Below, one piece after another: positions 7,988-12,715 of a DNA stretch of 12,715 bases (within the stretch, counting starts at the first letter, position 1; every line of letters begins with the position of its first letter). The translations under genes were made by a program, and so were the position numbers. The notes under the pieces were generated by a model. The model did not search any database. It was not told the DNA's origin and worked only from the letters and a program-made list of their open reading frames with translations. Source of the stretch: Candidatus Fraserbacteria bacterium (GTDB lineage: Bacteria; Bipolaricaulota; Bipolaricaulia; RBG-16-55-9; JANLFV01); NCBI GenBank assembly GCA_037446135.1, contig JBBIJD010000051.1, forward strand, positions 1 through 12,715, in the 5' to 3' direction.

Positions 7988-8016
7988 TTGACGGGCTCGA
8001 GGTCAAAGTCTAGGAT
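7988..8016 (+). promoter_or_regulatory. Near-consensus sigma70 promoter with no adjacent ORF, overlapped by an inverted repeat
   Basis: TTGACG (7988..7993) - 17 nt - TAGGAT (8011..8016); a second -10-like TAGAAT at 8017..8022; TTGAC-N9-GTCAA at 7988..8006. Confidence 0.65.
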
Positions 8017-8022
8017 TAGAAT

Positions 8023-8098
8023 AACTGGGGCGACTGTCCGTCTTCTACCACCACCGTTCCCGCATTCACCGACTGACAGTCGCCCTAGCTTGCTATTT
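8023..8098 (+). ncRNA. Candidate small RNA or leader element: 18-bp stem with a 28-nt C-rich loop
   Basis: 8025..8042 pairs with 8071..8088 (one G-U, one mismatch). It starts at the predicted TSS of the 7988..8016 promoter and is followed by CTTGCTATTT. I do not recognise the family. Confidence 0.45.
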
Positions 8099-8172
8099 GG
8101 GCTATCGACCCTCGCTGGACCGAATGTCTAAGGGAGTTCTCGCCATCCCACTTTGAGTCTAACCCCCCACTT

Positions 8173-8211
8173 GTGGAAAGGTAATGGAAGGGGGGTGAAA
8201 AACCGGTGGAA
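8173..8211 (+). repeat. Four RTGRAA hexamers at an exact 11-bp period
   Basis: GTGGAA 8173, ATGGAA 8184, GTGAAA 8195, GTGGAA 8206. Confidence 0.55.
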
Positions 8212-8242
8212 GCGGCGAGAGGGGGGCCAGGGCCGAGGGATT

Positions 8243-8271
8243 TTGCCTTCCCCCGCGCGAGAAGCTATCAT
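8243..8271 (+). promoter_or_regulatory. Proximal gyrA promoter
   Basis: TTGCCT (8243..8248) - 17 nt - TATCAT (8266..8271), followed by RBS AAGGAG (8290..8295) and ATG 8302. Confidence 0.65.
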
Positions 8272-8301
8272 TAGGGCAGCCAAACCTTGAAGGAGTCCGC
8301 T

Positions 8302-10710
8302 ATGGAGAGGGTAGAGCTGACTTATATCGAAGACGAGATGCGGGAGTCCTACATCAACTACGCTATGAGCGTCATCCTCGGGCGAGCGATCCCCGATGTC
8401 CGGGATGGGCTCAAGCCGGTCCAGCGCCGAATTCTTTATGGGATGTATAAGCTCGGGCTCGGCTCGGATAAGCCCCACCGCAAGGCTGCCCGCATCGTCG
8501 GGGAGGTGATGGGGAAGTTCCATCCCCACGGGGACCAGGCGATCTACGATGCCTTGGTGAATATGGCCCAAGCCTTCGCCTTCCGCTACCCACTGATCGA
8601 TGGGCAGGGGAACTTCGGCTCGATCGACGGGGACGAGCCGGCGGCGATGAGATACACGGAGGCCAGATTATCTGCTATTAGCGAGGAGCTCCTCGCGGAG
8701 ATCGAGGAGGAGACGGTCGACTTCGGCCCGAACTTCGATGACTCCCTCGAGGAGCCGCTCGTCCTCCCCGCCAGACTCCCCAACTTGCTTTTGAACGGCT
8801 CTTGGGGGATCGCGGTCGGGATGACCACCCAGATCCCGCCCCACAACCTCGGGGAGATCATCGACGGACTGATCCATCTCCTGAAGAATCCCGCGGCACC
8901 ACTAGAAGAGTTGATGAAGTTCATCAAGGGGCCGGACTTCCCCACCGGTGGGCTGATCGTCGGAAGGGAGGGGGTCCTCCAGGCCTACCGGACCGGGAGT
9001 GGGCAGATCACCGTCCGGGCCCGGGCCGAGGTGGAAGAGGACCGGATCATCGTCACGGAAATCCCCTACCAGGTCCGGAAGTCGACCCTCCTCGAGGCGA
9101 TCGCCCGGAAGGTCCGGGACGGCGAGCTTGCGGAGATCGCGGACCTCCGGGACGAGTCCGACCGGGCGGGCCTGCGGATCGTGATCGAGCTGAAGCGGGG
9201 GGCCAACCCCAAGGCCGCCCTGACCAGGCTCTACAAGTCCACCCCGTTGGAGTGGACCTTCGGGGCGAACTTCCTCGTGATCGTCTCCGGCCAGCCGCGC
9301 CGGCTCTCGCTCGTGGAGCTGCTCGAGCAGTTCCTCGCCTTCCGACGGGAGGTCGTCCGCCGCCGGACGGAGCACCGCTTGAGGGAGGCGGAGCAGCGGG
9401 CCCACATCCTCGCGGGCTTCCTCCGGGCCCTGGAGCGGCGGGCTGAGGTGGTGGAGTGGATCAGTGCGGCCAAGGACCCTGAGGCGGCCCAGGCCCGGCT
9501 CGAGGCGGAACTCGGGCTCTCCCCCCTCCAGGCTGAGGAGATCCTCAAGCTCCGCTTGCGCTCGTTCACCGCCTTGGAGCGGGAGAAGCTGGCCGAGGAG
9601 TTCGCCGAGAAGGAGCGGAGGATCGCCGAATACCGAGAGATCCTGGGGGACCCGGCCCGGCTCGATAGGGTGATCGAGGCCGAGCTGCTCGAGATCAAAG
9701 AGCGCTACAGCGATCCGCGGCGGACGGAGCTGCTCCTCGACCTGGAGGAGCCGACCCCGCTCGAGCTGGAGGAGTTGATCCCCGATGAGGACCTTTTGGT
9801 GACGATCACTGAACAGGGGTATGTCAATGCCCCGCGGGAGGATGTCTATCGGAAGCAGAACCGCGGTGGGAAGGGCGTGATCGGGATGAGGCTCCGCGAG
9901 GGGGACCGCTTGCGGGGGATCTTCACCGCCAACAGTCGGGATTGGGTCCTCTTCTTCACCGATGCCCACAAGGTCTATAAACTGCGGGCCTTTCAGCTCC
10001 CCTCCCTCAGGAGGGACGCCCGTGGGGAGAACCTCCGCGGCTCGCTCGAACTGGCCCATAATGAGCGGATCGTGGCCCTCCTCCCCCTTGAGGTGCTCGA
10101 CCCTCAAGACCGCCGCTATTGCCTCCTCGCGACCGCTTTAGGGATGGTCATCTGCAACCCCCTGCGCAACTTTTACGGTGCCCATACCAAGGGGATCATG
10201 GCCCTCCGGGCCCGCCCGAACGATGAGCTCGTCCAGGTGGCCGTCTCCCCCGGGCAGGGGGAGGTCCTCCTGGGGAGCGCAAAGGGGCGGATGATCCGCT
10301 TCCCCGAGAAGGAGATCCGCCTCTCCGCCCGTCCCTCAAAGGGGGTGATCGGGATGCGGCTCGAATCGGAAGACCGGGTCGTAGGGCTGGTCCTCCTCAA
10401 GCCGGGCGAGGGGGGGCTGCTCCTCCTCGTGACGGAGAGGGGGTTCGGGAAGAGGACCCCTCTAGCGGAGTTCCCCCGCCAGGGGCGGGGCGGGAAGGGG
10501 ATCTTGGGGATCAAGGTGAGCCCCAGGACCGGGAAGGTCGTGGCCTTGGAGCGGGTCAAAGAGGGGGATGAGCTCCTCATCACCACTACTCTTGGGAAGA
10601 CGATCCGGATCGCCGCGGACTCGATCCGGATCACCGGCCGCTACGCCCAGGGGGTGAAGCTGATCGACCTCGAGCCGGGGGATACGGTCGCTTCGGTGGT
10701 GAAGGTATGA
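8302..10710 (+). CDS. gyrA: DNA gyrase subunit A
   Basis: [36 protein letters not shown] (catalytic Tyr). The C-terminal pinwheel has a GyrA-box QNRGGKG in the first blade, arguing for GyrA rather than ParC. Start at ATG 8302 after AAGGAG. Confidence 0.95.
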   Translation: MERVELTYIEDEMRESYINYAMSVILGRAIPDVRDGLKPVQRRILYGMYKLGLGSDKPHRKAARIVGEVMGKFHPHGDQAIYDALVNMAQAFAFRYPLIDGQGNFGSIDGDEPAAMRYTEARLSAISEELLAEIEEETVDFGPNFDDSLEEPLVLPARLPNLLLNGSWGIAVGMTTQIPPHNLGEIIDGLIHLLKNPAAPLEELMKFIKGPDFPTGGLIVGREGVLQAYRTGSGQITVRARAEVEEDRIIVTEIPYQVRKSTLLEAIARKVRDGELAEIADLRDESDRAGLRIVIELKRGANPKAALTRLYKSTPLEWTFGANFLVIVSGQPRRLSLVELLEQFLAFRREVVRRRTEHRLREAEQRAHILAGFLRALERRAEVVEWISAAKDPEAAQARLEAELGLSPLQAEEILKLRLRSFTALEREKLAEEFAEKERRIAEYREILGDPARLDRVIEAELLEIKERYSDPRRTELLLDLEEPTPLELEELIPDEDLLVTITEQGYVNAPREDVYRKQNRGGKGVIGMRLREGDRLRGIFTANSRDWVLFFTDAHKVYKLRAFQLPSLRRDARGENLRGSLELAHNERIVALLPLEVLDPQDRRYCLLATALGMVICNPLRNFYGAHTKGIMALRARPNDELVQVAVSPGQGEVLLGSAKGRMIRFPEKEIRLSARPSKGVIGMRLESEDRVVGLVLLKPGEGGLLLLVTERGFGKRTPLAEFPRQGRGGKGILGIKVSPRTGKVVALERVKEGDELLITTTLGKTIRIAADSIRITGRYAQGVKLIDLEPGDTVASVVKV

Positions 10711-12002
10711 ACACGATGGACCCAGAGAGGCAATTAGCGCAGTTGAAACGGGGTGTGGCGACCCTCCTCCCGGAGGAGGAGCTCTTCCGGAAGCTCGAGG
10801 CGAGCCTCGAGCTGGGTCGGCCACTCCGGGTGAAGCTGGGGATCGACCCCTCCGCACCGCAGCTCACGCTCGGCCATGCCGTGGTCCTGAGGAAGCTCCG
10901 GCAGTTCCAGCAGTTCGGCCACCTGGCGGTCCTGATCGTCGGGGACTTCACCCGCTTGATCGGGGACCCCTCGGGGCGGACCTCGACTCGTCCGCCCATG
11001 TCTAAAGCGGAGATCGAGCGGAACATGGCCGGATATGTCGAACAGGCCTATAAGATCCTCGATCCGGAGAGGACTGAGATCCACTATAACTCCGAATGGC
11101 TGGGGAGGCTCTCTTTCGAGGATGTCATCCGCCTCGCCGCGAAATACACCGTAGCGCGGATGCTCGAGCGGGACGACTTTGCCCTGAGGTTCAAGCAGAA
11201 CCTCCCGATCACGATCATGGAGTTCTTGTATCCTCTGGCCCAGGCCTACGACTCCGTGGCGATCAGGGCCGATGTCGAACTCGGAGGCGAGGACCAGCGG
11301 TTCAACTTCCTCATCGGGCGAGCGATCCAGGAGGCCTTCGGCCAGGAGCCCCAGGTGATCCTGACCATGCCCCTTCTGATCGGGACGGACGGGGAGCGGG
11401 CGATGAGCCAGTCCCGGGGGAACTACATCGGGCTGGCCGAGCCTCCGAAGGAGATGTTCGGAAAGATCATGGCCCTCCCGGACCATGTGATGCCTCAATA
11501 CTTCGCCCTACTCACCGAGACCGCTGAAGAGGAGATCGCCGAGATGGAGAGAGCGATGGCCGAGGGGTGGAAGGGGGTCAATCCACGGGACCTGAAGATG
11601 CGCCTAGCAAGGGAGATCGTGGCCCAATTCCATTCCCCGGAGGCCGCGGCCCAGGCCGAAGAGGAGTTCGTCCGGGTCTTCCAGAGGCGTGAGCTCCCCA
11701 GCCAGATCAGGGTGGTGGCCCGGGAATTATTGCCGCTCCAGTCCCAGGTAACCGGCGTGCGCAAAGGGCCGGATGGGAAGATAAAGGAGGCCGATTTCCC
11801 GATCATCGACCTGCTCGTCCAATCAGGGTTAGCGAGCAGCCGGAGCGAGGCCCGCAGATTGATCGACCAGGGCGGAGTCGAGCTCGATGGCGAGCCAATC
11901 CGCGGCCTTAAGCCTGTGAGGGTCAAAGATGGCGCGGTCCTCCGGGCCGGGAAGAGGCGCTTCGTCCGCCTCGACTTGGGGGAGTTAAGGCCGGCTGATT
12001 AG
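10707..12002 (+). CDS. tyrS: Tyrosine--tRNA ligase with C-terminal S4 domain
   Basis: [52 protein letters not shown]4 motif [14 protein letters not shown]...GKRRF. ATGA overlap with the gyrA stop; ATG 10716 is an alternative start. Confidence 0.96.
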   Translation: MNTMDPERQLAQLKRGVATLLPEEELFRKLEASLELGRPLRVKLGIDPSAPQLTLGHAVVLRKLRQFQQFGHLAVLIVGDFTRLIGDPSGRTSTRPPMSKAEIERNMAGYVEQAYKILDPERTEIHYNSEWLGRLSFEDVIRLAAKYTVARMLERDDFALRFKQNLPITIMEFLYPLAQAYDSVAIRADVELGGEDQRFNFLIGRAIQEAFGQEPQVILTMPLLIGTDGERAMSQSRGNYIGLAEPPKEMFGKIMALPDHVMPQYFALLTETAEEEIAEMERAMAEGWKGVNPRDLKMRLAREIVAQFHSPEAAAQAEEEFVRVFQRRELPSQIRVVARELLPLQSQVTGVRKGPDGKIKEADFPIIDLLVQSGLASSRSEARRLIDQGGVELDGEPIRGLKPVRVKDGAVLRAGKRRFVRLDLGELRPAD

Positions 12003-12449
12003 GAAGAGCACCAAGACGAGGAGGGCCACTAGACCGAGCCCGAAGAGGAAGAACCGCCAAGCCAGGCGACGGGCGGCTCGGGCCTGCTCCGGGGAGAGCG
12101 CGATCGGGCGACGGCCGGCGAGCTTGAGGGCCAGCTTCCGCTGCTTGATGTAGTCCCCGAACCGCCCCTGCCTCCGGTAGACCACCGCCAGGTTGTGGTG
12201 GGCGCTCACATGGTCAGGGTCGAGGGCAATCGCCCGCTTGTAGGCAGCCTCGGCCTGGGCGAGCTCCCCGGCGTCGAAGTAGATGTTCCCCAACCGGAAG
12301 TAGATCTTGACCGGCTCGACCCCGAGCTTGAGAGCCGCGCTCAGGATGGCGATCCCCTCTCGATAGCGGCCGGCGAGCCTGAGCCGTTCCGCCTCTTCCA
12401 GGGCCCGCTCGACCTCGGCCTTAGCCTGAGCTTGAGATGCGGAGCTCAT
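11985..12449 (-). CDS. Tetratricopeptide-repeat protein with a C-terminal membrane anchor
   Basis: TPR consensus IYFRLGNIYFDAGELAQAEAAYKRAIALDPDH and AHHNLAVVYRRQG; hydrophobic C-terminus [25 protein letters not shown] upstream of the ATG. Confidence 0.85.
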   Translation of the reverse strand: MSSASQAQAKAEVERALEEAERLRLAGRYREGIAILSAALKLGVEPVKIYFRLGNIYFDAGELAQAEAAYKRAIALDPDHVSAHHNLAVVYRRQGRFGDYIKQRKLALKLAGRRPIALSPEQARAARRLAWRFFLFGLGLVALLVLVLFLISRP

Positions 12450-12714
12450 TGAGCCGCTCCTTCACCGCTTGGATGTCCTGCCAGGTGAGGTATTTCGGGC
12501 CCCCCTTCTCCTTCGAGGGGTTCCGCAGGAGGTATGAGGGGTGGAACATCGGGAAGACCTCGGTCCCGCGCCATTTGAAGAACTGCCCGCGTAAGGCAGT
12601 GATCCCCTTGGTCGTCTTGAGGAAGAACTGGGCCGGGACATTCCCTAAAGCGACGATGATCTTCGGCTTAAGCAGGCGGAGTTGGGCCTCAAGATAAGGC
12701 CAGCAGGCCTCGAC
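12421..12714 (-). CDS. udg: Uracil-DNA glycosylase family 4, C-terminal part (5' end outside the window; missing from the ORF track)
   Basis: My translation: VEACWPYLEAQLRLLKPKIIVALGNVPAQFFLKTTKGITALRGQFFKWRGTEVFPMFHPSYLLRNPSKEKGGPKYLTWQDIQAVKERLNELRISSSG*. It contains the C..YL..Q...PKIIVALG and FHPSYLLRN motifs. Confidence 0.93.
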   Translation of the reverse strand, partial: VEACWPYLEAQLRLLKPKIIVALGNVPAQFFLKTTKGITALRGQFFKWRGTEVFPMFHPSYLLRNPSKEKGGPKYLTWQDIQAVKERLNELRISSSG

Positions 12715-12715
12715 C

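Noticed and set aside
7755..8006. 84-aa N-terminal extension of fbp in the ORF track
   Set aside because: It overlaps tRNA-Pro and two promoters; family homology begins at MKVTL (7754).
8011..8025. TAG-GAT-TAG-AAT-AAC as DnaA-trios
   Set aside because: Explained by two -10 hexamers, and not adjacent to a correctly oriented DnaA box.
7906..8100. Integrated element or att site at the tRNA-Pro 3' end
   Set aside because: No integrase gene and no duplicated tRNA 3' end seen in the window.
8245..8275. Match of the pseudo-spacer (204..234) to the gyrA promoter via CGCGCGAG
   Set aside because: Only 8 contiguous GC-rich bases match and the PAM-proximal seed is mismatched; expected by chance.
8128..8571. 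147-aa minus-strand ORF reaching into the intergenic region
   Set aside because: Most of it is antisense to gyrA and the rest crosses the gyrA promoter; no motif support.
8902..10107. 401-aa minus-strand ORF, and similar 10734..11498, 8802..9446 and 4554..5075
   Set aside because: They lie wholly within gyrA, tyrS or tsaD on the opposite strand or in another frame, with no family motifs.
370..12715. Frequent CTCGAG, GAGCTC and GATC words
   Set aside because: Adequately explained by preferred CTC, GAG and ATC codons; not counted or tested statistically.

Overview
GC-rich bacterial chromosomal segment, mostly housekeeping. It begins with the trailer end of a CRISPR array (30-bp repeat GTTGCTAGACTACCTATGAGGGATTGAAAC, last copy degenerate; no cas genes in the window). 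Three plus-strand genes follow: a CDF metal exporter with three C-terminal domains, a DUF4389 membrane protein and an L-fucose-isomerase-like protein. Next is a minus-strand operon: FBP aldolase/phosphatase - hpt - YlxR(RnpM)/L7Ae fusion - tsaD. A divergent tRNA-Pro(UGG) and a structured ~400-bp intergenic region precede gyrA-tyrS, which converge on a TPR membrane protein and the 3' part of a family-4 uracil-DNA glycosylase. The gene content would fit a deep-branching, possibly thermophilic lineage such as Ca. Bipolaricaulota (inference, unverified). The main unexplained signals are non-coding: a possible degenerate mini-CRISPR (crRNA-like unit) just after the array, and a promoter-driven hairpin RNA plus an 11-bp-phased motif array upstream of gyrA. 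Also notable are a TyrRS with both class I signature motifs altered (TLGH, AMSQS) and the relocated YlxR-L7Ae fusion overlapping tsaD.
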